Program-made: the position numbers and the translations under genes
Notes under the pieces: model-generated
Databases searched by the model: none
The model's input: the letters and a program-made list of their open reading frames with translations, nothing else
Told to the model about the DNA's origin: nothing
From: Octopus sinensis
Taxonomy: Eukaryota
DNA length: 64,000 bases
Direction: 5' to 3'
NCBI RefSeq assembly: GCF_006345805.1
Contig: NC_042997.1
Location: 205,964,001 to 206,028,000, forward strand
Shown here: positions 1-11,459 of the stretch, piece by piece
Position numbering within the stretch: position 1 is the stretch's first letter
Layout: each line of letters starts with the position of its first letter

Positions 1-559
1 ATTAGGCTAGGACTCTCTCTGCAATTTTCATCACCTGATCCACGAGAGGTTTCAGTTTCTGTCTACCAGATCCACTCACAGGGCTTTGGTCAGTCCAAGG
101 TTATAGTATCATAATTACTATCAAATAGGAATGAAATCCAAAAAAGTCCAATTTCAAATGAAAGCATACACTTGCTATAATGTTCATTGATTCCATAGAA
201 AATAATATGTATGGAGAGTGTCAATCTTGAGTATTCAAGTACTCCTGTTTGATTATTTCTGTCTAACCTTATTTTCTGGGAAAGTTAGTTTGGTGCAGAA
301 CCTGTATGGGTTAATTATGTACAGTAGTGACCATGCTGAATCACTACCTGCATAACCTGTTTTCAATAACATCTTTCTTGAAATTTTGGTCGAAAGCCTT
401 TTCTACTTACTTGTATAGTTTTCCTTGTAAGAAACCCATAATGAGGTTAGCATATGAGGGTGCAAATTTCGTCCCCATTAAGAATATAAATGATGAGTCA
501 GCATTTAGAAATAAATCTTACTTCACCCCTTACATGTAGGGGGTGTGACAAACATTTAT

Positions 560-900
560 ATACATATATAGACGCAAATTTCCAAATTCACTCTCAGAGC
601 CTGTAAATGCAAACAGAATATTTGCTAAGAAGCAAAGAAAGCTTCACTAACACTAACTGAAGAATGCCAATTGACTCATCCTCAAAGATGCCAATAAGGA
701 TGGGGTGATAGTGATTATAGAGAGGGATGATTACAAAGACAAAATATTGGAATATCTAACCAACCAAAAACTACTATAAGAAAGACAGAACATTAATTGA
801 CCAATACCCAGACTTCTTCACAGGTAAGGAAATAAAATACTTATGTAAATCAGAAATTTAAGACTGTAATTTTTACAGATTACTCAAGATCCACAGAAAC
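560..900 (+). mobile_element. Decayed Penelope-like element fragment (region N-terminal to the RT)
   Basis: Manual translation gives LILKDANKDGVIVIIERDDYKDKILEYL (cf. PLE motif KxADKGGxxVI...DY) and NFYRLLKIHR (cf. FYGLPKIHK). The fragment is frameshifted. Confidence 0.6.
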
Positions 901-3900
901 TTTTGTTTGAAATCTCAATTTTGTAAGAATTTTCATTTTTGTGAGGAGCTCCATTCTTGTTAGAATTTTCATATTTGAAAGAATTATCATTTTTGTTGCA
1001 AGTCCCATTTAGTGAGGAGTTCCATTTTTGTAAGGAGTCCCCGTCTTGTTAGATGTCTCAGTTTTGTGAAAAATTCCACTGTTGTTAAAAGTCTCATTGT
1101 CGTGAAAATTACCATAGAAATCACATAGTTTAAAAAAAACCCTTACCTGTGAGAAGTCCCATTCTTGTGAGAAGTACCGTTGTTGTTAGACGTCCCAGTT
1201 TTGTGAGATGTCCCATTCTTGTTTAGAAGTCTCCTTTTTGTCAGAAGTCTGAATTTTGTGAGAAGCCTCATTTTTTGAAAAGCCCCATTTTTATGAGAAG
1301 TCCTGTTCTTGTTAGGTAACCCATCTTTGTAAGAATTCCCATTTTTGTTAGTAGTCCCATTTTTTTGAAAAGCCCCATGATCCTTACAAGTCCTTTGATC
1401 TTGAGAAATTCAATTCCTGTTAGAATTCTCATAGTTGTGTGAAGTCCCATTCCTGTTAATAGATCTATTCTTGTGAGAAGTATTGCTCTTCTTAAGAGTC
1501 CCATTTTTGGACAAGTACCATTCTTGTTAGAACCCCTATTACAATGAAAAGCCCTGTTTTTATTAGAAGTGCAATTATTGTGAGAAGTCTCAATTTTATT
1601 AGAAATTCCATTGTTGTTATATCTCCCGTTTTCACTTCTTAGAAGTACCATTTTTTTGAGAGTTTCCATTCTTGTTAAAAGTCACATCCTTGTTAGAAGT
1701 TCCATTTTTGTGAGAAGTCCCATTTGATTTTCGTGAAAATACCCATGCTTCTTACAAGGCCTGTTATTGTGAGAAATTCAATTCCTGTTAGAAGTCTCAT
1801 TCTTGTTAGGAGTCCCATTTTTGTGAGAAGTCTCATTATTCTTAATAAACCTATTCTTGTGAGAAGTACTGTTCTTCTTGGGAGTCCCATTTTTGTGACA
1901 AGTTCATTGTTGTTAGAATTTCCATACTTGTAAGGAGCCCCATTCTTGTTAGATGTCTTATTATTAACAGAAGTTACATTCTTGCTAGAAGTTCCATTCT
2001 TTTTAGAAGTCTCAATCTTATTAGGACCACCTTGTTAGAAGTCTGAGTTTTGTGAAAATTCTCATTTTTGGGAGATGTTCCCCTCTTGTTAGAAGTCCCA
2101 ATTTTTTGAGATGTTCCATTTTGTGATAAGTCTCACACTTGTTAGAAGTCTCATTTTTGTGAGAAGTCCCATTCATACGAGATATATACCATTCTTTTAG
2201 AAGTCTCACTTAATTGAGAAATCCCATTCCTGTCAGAAGTCCTCCCCTTGTTACAAGTCCCATTTTTATTAGTAGTCCCAATGTTCTTAGAAGTCCTCTT
2301 CTTTTTTGATGTCCCATTTTTATGAAGAGTCCCATTATTGTGAGTAGTCCTACTTTTGTGAGTAGTCCCATTCTTGTTAGAAGTTTCATTTTTGTGAGAA
2401 GTCCCTTATTGTTTGAAGCCCCTTTTGTGTTACAAGCCCCCTTCTTTTTAGAAGTTCAATTTTATTTGTTTTCCAATTCTTGTTAGAAGTCCTATTTTTA
2501 TTAGGAGCACCTTCCTGTTAGAAGTTTGATTTTTGTGAAAATTTACATTTCTGGGAGACGTTCCTTTCTTTTTAGAAGTCCTAGTTTTGTGAGAATTTCC
2601 ATTCTCATTAAAAGTACAAAACGTGTGTGAAGTCCCACTCTTATTAGAAGTCGTAAACATGTCAGAAGTTCCATTTTTGTTAGACATCCTGTTAGAAGTC
2701 TAATTTTTGCTAGAAGTCCCATTCATGTGAGAAGTCTTATTCTATTTAGATGGCTCATTCTTGTTAGAAGTCCCATTTTTGTCAGAAGTGCCACTCATGC
2801 TGCAAGTTCCATTTTTGTAAGAAGTTCTATTCTTGTGAGAAGTACTCTTTCTGTTTGATGTCTGTTTTTTTGTGAGAAGCCCTATTCTTGTAAACCTTCC
2901 CCTTCTTGATAGAATTCTCATTCTTGTTAGAATTCTCATTTTTGTTAGTAGTCCCAATGTTGTTTGAAGCCTTATTCTTATTCAAAATTCTATTTTCATG
3001 AAAAGTTCTATTCTTGTGATGAATCTCATTTTTGGGAGAAGATTCATTTTTGTGAGAAATCTCATTTTTGTGAGAAGACCCATTCTTGTTAGAAGTCCCA
3101 TTCTTTTTAGAAGTCCTATTCTTGTTAGAAGTCCTATTTTTGTTAGCACTCTCATTCTTTTCAGAAATCTCATTTTCGTGAGAAATTTCATTTTTGTGAG
3201 AACTGACATTTTTAAGAGAAATCTAATTTTTGTGAGAAGTTTTATTTCTGTGAGAAATCTCATTTTTGTAAGAAGTCCTATTCTTGTTATATGTCCATAC
3301 TTGTTAGAAATCACATTTTCGTCAAAAGCCCCATTCTTCTTAGAAATCCCATTTGTGTAAGAAATCCCATTAAAAATCTAATTTCTGTTTTAGAAGTGCC
3401 GTGTTTTTTAGGATCCCCCTTTTGTTAGAAGTCCGATCTTTGGGAAAAGACCCATATTTGGCTGAAGTCCACTTCTTGTTACTTCAAGGCCTAATCTCAT
3501 TAGATGCACAAATTTGTGAGAAGTCCCACTGTTGTTAGAAATCACATACATATTAGAACTTCCATTGTTGTTAGAAGTCCCATTGTTGCTAGATGTCCCA
3601 TTCATGTGAAAAGCCCAATTTTTGTGAGTAGTCCCATTTTTGTGAGAAGTCCTAATCTCCTTAGGATTTTCATTTTTGTGAGAAGTCCCTTTTTTGTTTG
3701 AAATCCCTTACTTGTTAGAAGTCCTCTCTTTTGTGAGAAATTTCATTCTTGTTAGAAGTCCCATTTCCATTAGCAGTCCCATTGTTGTTTGAAGTCCCTT
3801 TCTTTTTAGAAGTTCCATTTTGGTGAAAAGCCCCATTTTTGTGACAAATCTCATTTTTGTGAGAAGTCGCATTCTTGTGAAATTTTCCTTTCCTGTTGGA

Positions 3901-4009
3901 TGTCCCTTTTTTATGAGAAGTCCCATTCTTTTTCGAAGTACCATTGTTGTGGAAAGTCATATTTTTGTGAGAAATTACATTGTTTTGCAAAGTCCCATTC
4001 TTATGAGAT
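900..4009. repeat. Degenerate 18/36-bp minisatellite (AGAAGTCCCATTCTTGTT / AGAAGTCCCATTTTTGTG)
   Basis: About 3.1 kb of imperfect 18-bp units. The periodic ORFs (RSPILVRSPIFV on +, SHKNGTSNKNGT on -) reflect the repeat. It runs into the gap. Confidence 0.9.
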
Positions 4010-4109
4010 NNNNNNNNNNNNNNNNNNNNNNNNNNNNNNNNNNNNNNNNNNNNNNNNNNNNNNNNNNNNNNNNNNNNNNNNNNNNNNNNNNNNNNNNNNN
4101 NNNNNNNNN
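4010..4109. other. Assembly gap (100 N)
   Basis: Run of exactly 100 N. Confidence 1.
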
Positions 4110-4355
4110 TTTGGGGAAATTTGGCTGCTATTTCTACCAGGTCTAGCTGCCATGTAGGGGTCTCCCTCATAGGCTCATACATACATATATACATAGATAA
4201 GACAGTAAGGTGTGATTTGGGGGAAATTTGGCTGCTATTTCTACCAGGTCTAGCTACCATGTAGAGGTCCCCCTCATTGGCTCATATATATATATACATA
4301 CATAAGACAGTAAGGTGTGATTTGAGGGAGATTTGGCTGCTGTTTCTACCAGGTC
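4110..4355. repeat. Short tandem array (~3 copies, ~110-120 bp) of an interspersed repeat end
   Basis: GGTGTGATTTG(G/A)GGGA(A/G)ATTTGGCTGCT..TTTCTACCAGGTCT occurs three times. Reverse-complement relatives lie at ~7455-7505 and ~37280-37330. Confidence 0.75.
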
Positions 4356-4424
4356 TGTTAGGCCTTCTCATGTAAACTCAAGCTTTCTCATGCCTTCAAC
4401 ATAAGACCAAAGCAGAGAATGTAT

Positions 4425-4630
4425 TCTTTTATTCTTCTGCTTTTTCCAGCCATTGGTCTGTGGCCATGCTGGGGCAATGCCTCGAAGAATTGTAGTTTAA
4501 TGAATCAACTCCAGTTTTATTTTTGTAAGCATTGTACTTATTCTATCTGTTTCCTTTGTCAAACCACTAGGTGACAGGGATGTAAACAAACCAACATTCG
4601 TTGTCAAGCAGTGGTGGAGGACAATCACAA
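4425..4630 (-). mobile_element. SINE 3' portion (abundant family)
   Basis: GGCCATGCTGGGGCA...GGGATGTAAACAAACCAACA..GTTGTCAAGC is shared with copies at 20428-20650 and 37780-37980. Confidence 0.7.
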
Positions 4631-4715
4631 GCACATACACACACACACATACATGCATACACATATACACACATACATACATACATACATATATATATAT
4701 GTGTGTATATATATA

Positions 4716-4973
4716 TTGCAGCGTGGAAGGTGTTTGTAAGCCATTTAAGAAACACACAAAAACCGTTAGATTCACTTCAACATTTAAATTTAATTTGCCA
4801 AAATATTTTCGTCGCTTTCAGACCGCGACCTGTTCACTGACAAAAATATCGTGCTAACAGGTCGCGGTCTCAAAGCGACGAAAATATTTTGACAAATTAA
4901 ATTTAATGTTGAAGTGAATCTAACGGTTTTTGTGTGTTTCTTAAATGGCTTATAAACACCTTCAACGCTGCAA
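4716..4973. mobile_element. Long palindromic (foldback/MITE-like) element
   Basis: Arms 4716-4834 and 4856-4973 are near-perfect reverse complements (~118 bp) around a ~21-nt loop. (TA)n flanks the element on both sides. Confidence 0.8.
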
Positions 4974-5033
4974 CTGTTTTCGTTCCAGCACACGATCTCA
5001 CATCAAGTCACTTGCTATGCAAGTACATCTCTG

Positions 5034-5078
<45 letters not shown>

Positions 5079-5141
5079 TGGTAAAAACAGTAAGATAACA
5101 AAAGAAAGAAAGAGACCTCAATATTATGTAAATAGAGGAAA

Positions 5142-5536
5142 TCTTTATATATAAAAGTGAGGTTGTGTGTCTGTCTCCTACGATTTAGATTCCTAACTAC
5201 TCCCACATTTTGCGGTGCAGTTTTACCAAAACCGGGTATCTTATAGTCGTGATTCATATCGAGACCGTCTGGGTATTAGCGCGCGTCTACGATGAGTCTA
5301 CGATTAAAAAAAAAATTTACCATCAATTTTTCCCATTTTTAATCCATTTTTGACATATATAAGGGAAGTAACTCTCTAAAATTTATTATTAAATCTCAGA
5401 ACGTAAAAAGCTACAGTAACACCCCTCCCCCTTTGTGGTTAGCCATATTGAGATGGCTATTATACTTTACATCTCTAAAAATGCTTATATAATTATTTCC
5501 CTTACAAACCCGAGCAACGCCGGGCGATACTGCTAG
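5142..5536 (+). mobile_element. Non-autonomous Helitron
   Basis: 5' TC(TTTATATATAAAAG), subterminal hairpin CCCGAGCAACGCCGGG, 3' CTAG, inserted between A and T with no TSD. Confidence 0.85.
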
Positions 5537-5823
5537 TGTATATATATATGTTTGTGTGCATATATGTGTGTGTAGGTACATATATATGTATGTATGTGTG
5601 TGTATGTATATATATATATATATGTATGTGTGCATATATATGTGTGTGTAGGTACGTATATATATGTATGTGTGTGTATGTATGTATGTGTGTATGTATA
5701 TATATATATGTATGTGTGCATATATATGTGTGTGTAGGTACATATATATGTATGTATGTATGCATGCATGCATGTATGTATGTATATGTATGTGTGTGCG
5801 CGCGTGTATGTGTGTGTGTGTGT
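5537..5823. repeat. Compound (TA)/(TG)/(TATG) microsatellite
   Basis: Visible directly; it explains the YIYIHT/MYVCV ORFs. Confidence 0.95.
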
Positions 5824-5910
5824 ATAGCCATATACTGAAAGTTTATGAGAAAAACCATGCCAACTAGTGGCCACCATTAGAGAACACCAAGTATAGCGAG
5901 GAGAGTGTCA

Positions 5911-6273
5911 AAAATGAAAGTGAAATCTTCTCTAACCTACATTCGACTTCATTTCCTATAAAAAAAACTATCTCCGGTTTTTCTTCTTTTGAAAAGTTGT
6001 TTTTTTTTTATGTCGTCTGTTTTAGATAATAATAAAACTTTATCACAAAGTTTTCTTGGAAAATAAATTGTGTAAAAGAGGGCAGAGGGGAAGTGTTTTT
6101 CTCGGAAGATAATGATAAACTTCTCACAAAGTTTTCTTGGAAAATAAATTGTATAAAAGAGGGCAGAGGGTAAGTGTATTTTCTGGGAAAACCATTGATG
6201 TCATACAAAGTTGTTGTTAAACCAATCGACAGCTTAAAAACGATTAGATAAAGATTATTCAAGTTTCAGTTTT
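5911..6273 (+). promoter_or_regulatory. Candidate IRF/STAT-responsive promoter of the RRM/PARP14-like gene
   Basis: IRF-E AAAATGAAAGTGAAA at 5911-5925. GAS (TTCNNNGAA) at 6053-6061, 6099-6107, 6134-6142 and 6181-6189, inside an ~82-bp tandem duplication (~6027-6190). TATAAAAG at 6152-6159. ISRE-like AAGTTTCAGTTTT at 6261-6273. Function is inferred. Confidence 0.5.
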
Positions 6274-6291
6274 ACTCAGAGTTGTTACGAG
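6185..6291 (+). other. Candidate non-coding first exon (5' end approximate)
   Basis: Strong donor GAG|GTAAGT at 6291/6292 in non-repeat sequence downstream of the TATA. If spliced to 20379, an in-frame TAG (6245-6247) lies upstream of the ATG at 20401 with no intervening in-frame ATG. Confidence 0.4.
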
Positions 6292-6379
6292 GTAAGTTTT
6301 CGTTTTACATCTCTCCATTGCTTTACAAATATTTCACAAAATCGCTTTCAATGCTTTTCCTTTACATTATTACTACACA

Positions 6380-6702
6380 GTGAGGGCGCGTGGCTTAGTG
6401 GTTAGGGCATTCGGCTCATTATCGTAAGGTTGTGAGTTCGATTCCCGGCGACGCGTTGTGTCCTTGAGCAAGACACTTTATTTCACGTTGCTCCAGTCCA
6501 CTCAGCTGGCAAAAATGAGTTGTACTTGTATTTCAAAGGGTCAGCCTCTGTGTCACGCTGATTATCCCCGAGAACTACGTTAAGGGTACACGTGTCTGTG
6601 GAATGCTCAGCCATTTGCACGTTAATTTCACGAGCAAGCTGTTCCGTTGATCGTATCAGCTGGGACCCTCGTCGTCGTAACCGGCGGAGTCTGAAAGAGA
6701 AA
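6380..6702 (+). mobile_element. Full-length tRNA-derived SINE with CORE-like central domain
   Basis: A box TGGCTTAGTGG, B box GTTCGATTC, central GTTGTGTCCTTGAGCAAGACACTT, and an 11-bp TSD ATTACTACACA (6369-6379 / 6703-6713). Confidence 0.85.
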
Positions 6703-7035
6703 ATTACTACACAAATTCGTCTTCTCATTTGAATGGCTTAGCTCTTATTTCTAATAATGTAGGTGTTTCGTAACACACCAGTCACATTTAGTGGCAATTG
6801 TAATTCTCCTTTTTGGTGAAACAGCAAACTGCTCTTTATATATATATATCCTAGTGAAATTTTCTACAAAATACCTTTTATTAGGTGGTGTACATTATGA
6901 TTAAATTGGAATTTAAGGTGAAAAAATCGGTGGTTTCGCACACATACATACTGACATACATTCATGTATTATATGTATGTATGTATTTCTTTCTCCCGTT
7001 TGCTTCTTTTTCTGTTGTCCTTTTCCTCCATCACA

Positions 7036-7037
7036 CT

Positions 7038-7088
<51 letters not shown>

Positions 7089-7143
7089 TACATACATACA
7101 TACATACATACACACATACACACATACATACATACATACATAC
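7036..7143. repeat. (CA)n/(CATA)n microsatellite
   Basis: Visible directly. Confidence 0.95.
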
Positions 7144-7534
7144 TGGAAATTGAAGTTTTGTAGGTATATGTGATGTGTGTCATTATGTATGTCTGCAAAG
7201 CCATCGATATTTTCCCTCTTCAAGCGAATCTACAGCTTCTGAAAGTTATGAAGAAACAAAACCGACGAAGGGGCACTTGTGTAGGTATGCCATGTTTTTC
7301 TGGTCATAAACTGGTGACCGGTAATAAAGTTACAAATAATTTATGTTCCCTCCCCCTAGGACAATCCCCCCAACGGACAAAACCCCCACAGTTTTCCTGT
7401 GACTTTTTTTTCATGTGGATTCCATAAAATTATGTTGAAAGTTTGAACGCGTGTCAAGCTAGAAATCGCAGCCAAATCTCCTCATATAGGCCACACCCTA
7501 GAAGGACACTTGTTTCATTATCAGGGATACTAAC

Positions 7535-7745
7535 ACATCAGAAATGTTAGCACGCCAAGCGAAATACTTAGTGGTATTTCATCTGTCTTTACTTTCTGAG
7601 TTCAAATTCCACCAATGTCTTTGCCTTTCATCCTTTCGGGGTCGATAAATTAAGTACCAGTTGCATCCTGGGATTGATCTAATAGACTGGCCTCCCCACA
7701 AAAAGTTTCGGGCCTTGTGCCTAGAGTGGAAAAGAATATTGAAGA
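7535..7745 (+). mobile_element. tRNA-derived SINE of the family with GCCTTTCATCCTTTCGGGGTCGATAAA..AAGTACCAG core (Meta/MESC-like domain)
   Basis: Same head and core as copies at 16048-16277, 41095-41305 and 55352-55562. Confidence 0.8.
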
Positions 7746-9458
7746 CGATGGAGTTTTGTGGCAAATGACCGCCGCCCCAGTAGAATGAAAATATAGCAAA
7801 TCCGGGCTAGGTTTGAAACAGGAGTTGTAGTGAGAAGCAATCGAAAAGGTATGTGGAAACTTGTTTGGATTTGGTTTGAGAGAATCTCTGAATAAACAGA
7901 TTTTCTTTTTCTTTCGGTTCTTTATTAATTGATGTAATACACCATACATACATACATACATACATACGGATATAGTATACATTTCATACATATACACACA
8001 CATATACAATACCTGTGTACATTGATAAATGCGGGGTGGGAGGGACAGATTCAGAGTTGGAAATGCCGTGTGGTTTTTAGCGAAATCAGAATAATTTGTT
8101 ATCATCGAAAACGTGGGAATTATTTATCCAAGATTTCCCAACAGGTTTCCTATTAATTGAAGCCGCTTTAGTAAAAGGTTACTCTGTAATGTTTGTTGAT
8201 TACGGAAATATAATTACACGTTACCTCACCTTTTTTACTGAGATTCATTTTCTGTCTTAATTTGATTGCTTTCATTTTGATTTCTTGGGTGTGGCGTTAA
8301 AAGGCCGTGACCTGACAAATGGGTTTTTGTTTACATGTTTTCTTTCTCTCTTTCCCTTCTTCCTTTCTCTCTCTCTCTCTCCTCTCCTCCGACTCACTCT
8401 CTCTCTCGTCTTCATCCTTTTTATTGGTCTACAAAAGTGTGCCCCCTCCCACCAACTTTGTTTCCCAGTAACCTTCAGAGAAATGGGTATGGCTTATTAT
8501 TGGTGGAGCTAGCAAACAGTCACCGCCCCCGAAACCAACCTTTCCGACTCTTTCTTTCACTGGATTCCTGTTTTCCATGACGGAGATTCCGAATATACAA
8601 AAAAAAAAAAACCCCACGTTTTCAAAATTTCTAATTGCCCCTCCCCTCCTTTTTAATTTTAAACTTTTTTTCCTAATTTTCTTTTCCAATCTACGTGGAG
8701 ATTAAGAATAAGGTGCAGGATGGGATTTAATTTGGAATTTTCTATGAAAAACGCAGAAATTGATCCACACCCCTTCGCCACCTCATCCCGCTGTCTAAAA
8801 GTGAAGATGAACATCTGTTTTGTCTGTTAAGAATCAGGGCATGCGAAGCGCTCACCACGAAACTCGATATGCTAAAAATAACAGCTAAATGTCTGGAGAA
8901 TACTTTTGCATTTGTGTGTGCACACGCGCAACAATTTCTACAGCTTATCCAAATGAACAGAGAAAGTAAACAGAAATATGTTTGGTTAATGTTGACATTG
9001 TTACCTGGAAACGAAATCGAAAAAAGAATAATGAAACAGGTGTAAAGAAAAAAAAAAGGTGTTGGAAACGAATATAAAAGCAAAAAAGCCTGGAAAGCAA
9101 TGGGGGTGTGGAGAGGACTTTGGAAAATTCACAAGATCCGATGTTTTTCCCTCATAACTTTGAGGAAAATGATTTTGGTTTTCTACTGCACATCCACATA
9201 GGAAACGAATATGAAAACAAAAATGCATGGAAAGCAACGGGGCGGGTAGGTGGGGGGGGGGGAGACTTTGGAAAATTCACAAGATTCACAAGGTCCCAGT
9301 TCCTTCCTTGTAACTTTGAGGAAAATATAATACTTTTGAAATCACAAATTAGGATTTTCTTCAGGAACTTGGATGCTAAACATCCCTTTGAAGGGTTCAG
9401 GTCCTTCTACTATATATATATATATACTAACAGTATAGCCCGGCATTGCTCGGGTTTG

Positions 9459-9660
9459 TTCTTTGCCTGTGAGGAACCTAGCAGAACCTCCTCTCCACCT
9501 TATTTCTTGGATGCAGCACATATCGACATTTCTCCGTTCAAGCATCTCAACAATCTCACTAGACCTACCTTTCAGTGTGCCAACGTTGATGGTGTGGGAG
9601 GTTTGGGCCCATGAGACCCTGGGACGGGGGACAGTTGCTTCATGTACCTGAAAAGAAAAC
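9459..9660 (-). mobile_element. RTE-type LINE endonuclease fragment
   Basis: ORF track: NVGTLKGRSSEIVEMLERRNVDMCCIQEIRWRGGSARFL, the APE N-terminus. Homologous to 51440-51560. Confidence 0.8.
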
Positions 9661-11459
9661 TCGCATTTGGCAGAATTCATAAACAAACAGTACAATAGCC
9701 TTCAGTTCAACCTGCATAACACTACTCTTTCATATTTTTGCACTATATGATCATTACCTTATATAGGAGATAGCCCTAAACTAGGGGTGGGGATGGCATA
9801 AAGCCTTTAGAAGTGTTCGTGGGAGGCAACCCAGGGATGACAAGGATAGGAACTTCCGGTACAGGTGGAGGGGTTGGAAGGGCAGGCGCACCTCGAACTA
9901 GGAAGGGTCTGCTTAGCATAGTTTAACGAGACAGAAAATGTTGATAATAGTAAAATAAACTTGAAAACTCTGAGAGTTCTCCATCAGATAAACTAAGACA
10001 ACATTTAGAGAATGAATAAGTGACTGTGTGATGAATCAATGAATATGTTGGGTTAAGGAAATGCGTGAACTAAGGTTATCTTAAGGGAACAACAAGGAAG
10101 ACGAGACTATTGAAAACTATATTTACATGATGGCATGTTACTGAAATAGACAGAATAATGAAAAGAATAGCGGAAGGGGTCTATGATATGCATAGAAATA
10201 CTAGAGTAGATGAACTGAGGTTGAAAAGACAAGAAGAAATTTTCTTATCTGTACATCAGCGATCCGTTATTCTTCGGCAGGGGATTGAAAGCAAGTGGGA
10301 GTCCCTGTGTGTGTGCTATTTTATATAGGGTGATGGCGGTGGAGGAAGTCTTGGTGAAGCGAGTGGTAATCGGAAAAGGGAGAACAGAGTGAAACATAGA
10401 GAGACAGACAGACAGACAGCAAAATAGAGAGAGGGGGGAGTGGTCAAGAACACGTAGGAGGAATTGGGGGGGGGCAGGGTTAGGGTTAGCATAGTTTAAC
10501 GAGACAGCAAAAGTTGATAATAGTAAAATAGACTCGAGAAATCTGAGAGTTCTCCGTCAGACAATCTAAGACAAAATTTAGAGAATAAGTGACTGTGTGA
10601 TAAGACTTTCATGAATGAATGAATCAATGAATATGTTGCAGTTAAGGAAATGCACCTCGAACTAGGAAGGGGTCTGCTTAACATATATATGTATATTTAG
10701 GAGAAATATAAAAATATATATGTTAGGTCACTTTAGAGTGCTACTGGTAACATGTAACCCAGTATAACCTGTTGCATGGTCGTGTCGTTGGCGACTAAAC
10801 TGGCAACCCCACCCAGCTTGCTTGGTGAGGAGGGTTGGTTGAATACCCAGCAGGATGAAAAATAAGACCCGTCAAAGGGCGGAGGAACTCATGAACATTC
10901 AAATGGCCATCCAACAAAATGTTTGTAAAAGAAAAAAAGTCTGTAATATATGTATATATGTCATATTTTAATTATATTTCTACTTATATATATTTTACTT
11001 TTATGTATATATATTATCTTCTGTTTCTTAATGGCATGTCTTATCTAATATATCATTTTACACTTTATTTTTATTTATTTATTTATGTATATCCTTGTGT
11101 GTGTGTGTGAGTATGTGTCAGGTTAGACTAGTGCTGCTACCAAAATGACAGTAGATGGTACAACCTGCGGCTGTTTCTGCTGCCTTGTAGACACATACAA
11201 GAGTATGAAAGGCGAAGGAGTAAACCCAAACAGAAATTCCGGAGAGCAGTTGATAGGGAGGAATGATCCAAACTATCTTCTGGCAGCCCCTGTATTGACC
11301 TTGTCTCTCCTTTGGAGTAAATCAATGAAGTTGAGAGGGGGATTGTGCAAGTTGGGTAAGGCATGTTCTCCATGCATTCAGAGCCCAGGCATTTAGCCAA
11401 GGACTTAGAATTTCTGGGAGGATGCTGCAAAAAAAAAAAAAAAAAAAAGAGCATTTAGA

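Noticed and set aside
6380-6450. tRNA-like sequence with A and B boxes
   Set aside because: It is the head of a SINE, with a CORE-like body and TSD, and has no complete cloverleaf or acceptor stem. The same applies to the other SINE heads.
4497-7223. ORFs rich in YIYIHTH / MYVCV
   Set aside because: They are translations of (TA)/(CA)/(CATA) microsatellites.
10760-10920. Structured-looking segment upstream of the RTE LINE, considered as an HDV-like or hammerhead ribozyme
   Set aside because: I could not assign the nested pseudoknot or a CTGANGA/GAAA core by eye. An Infernal/RNAMotif search would be needed.
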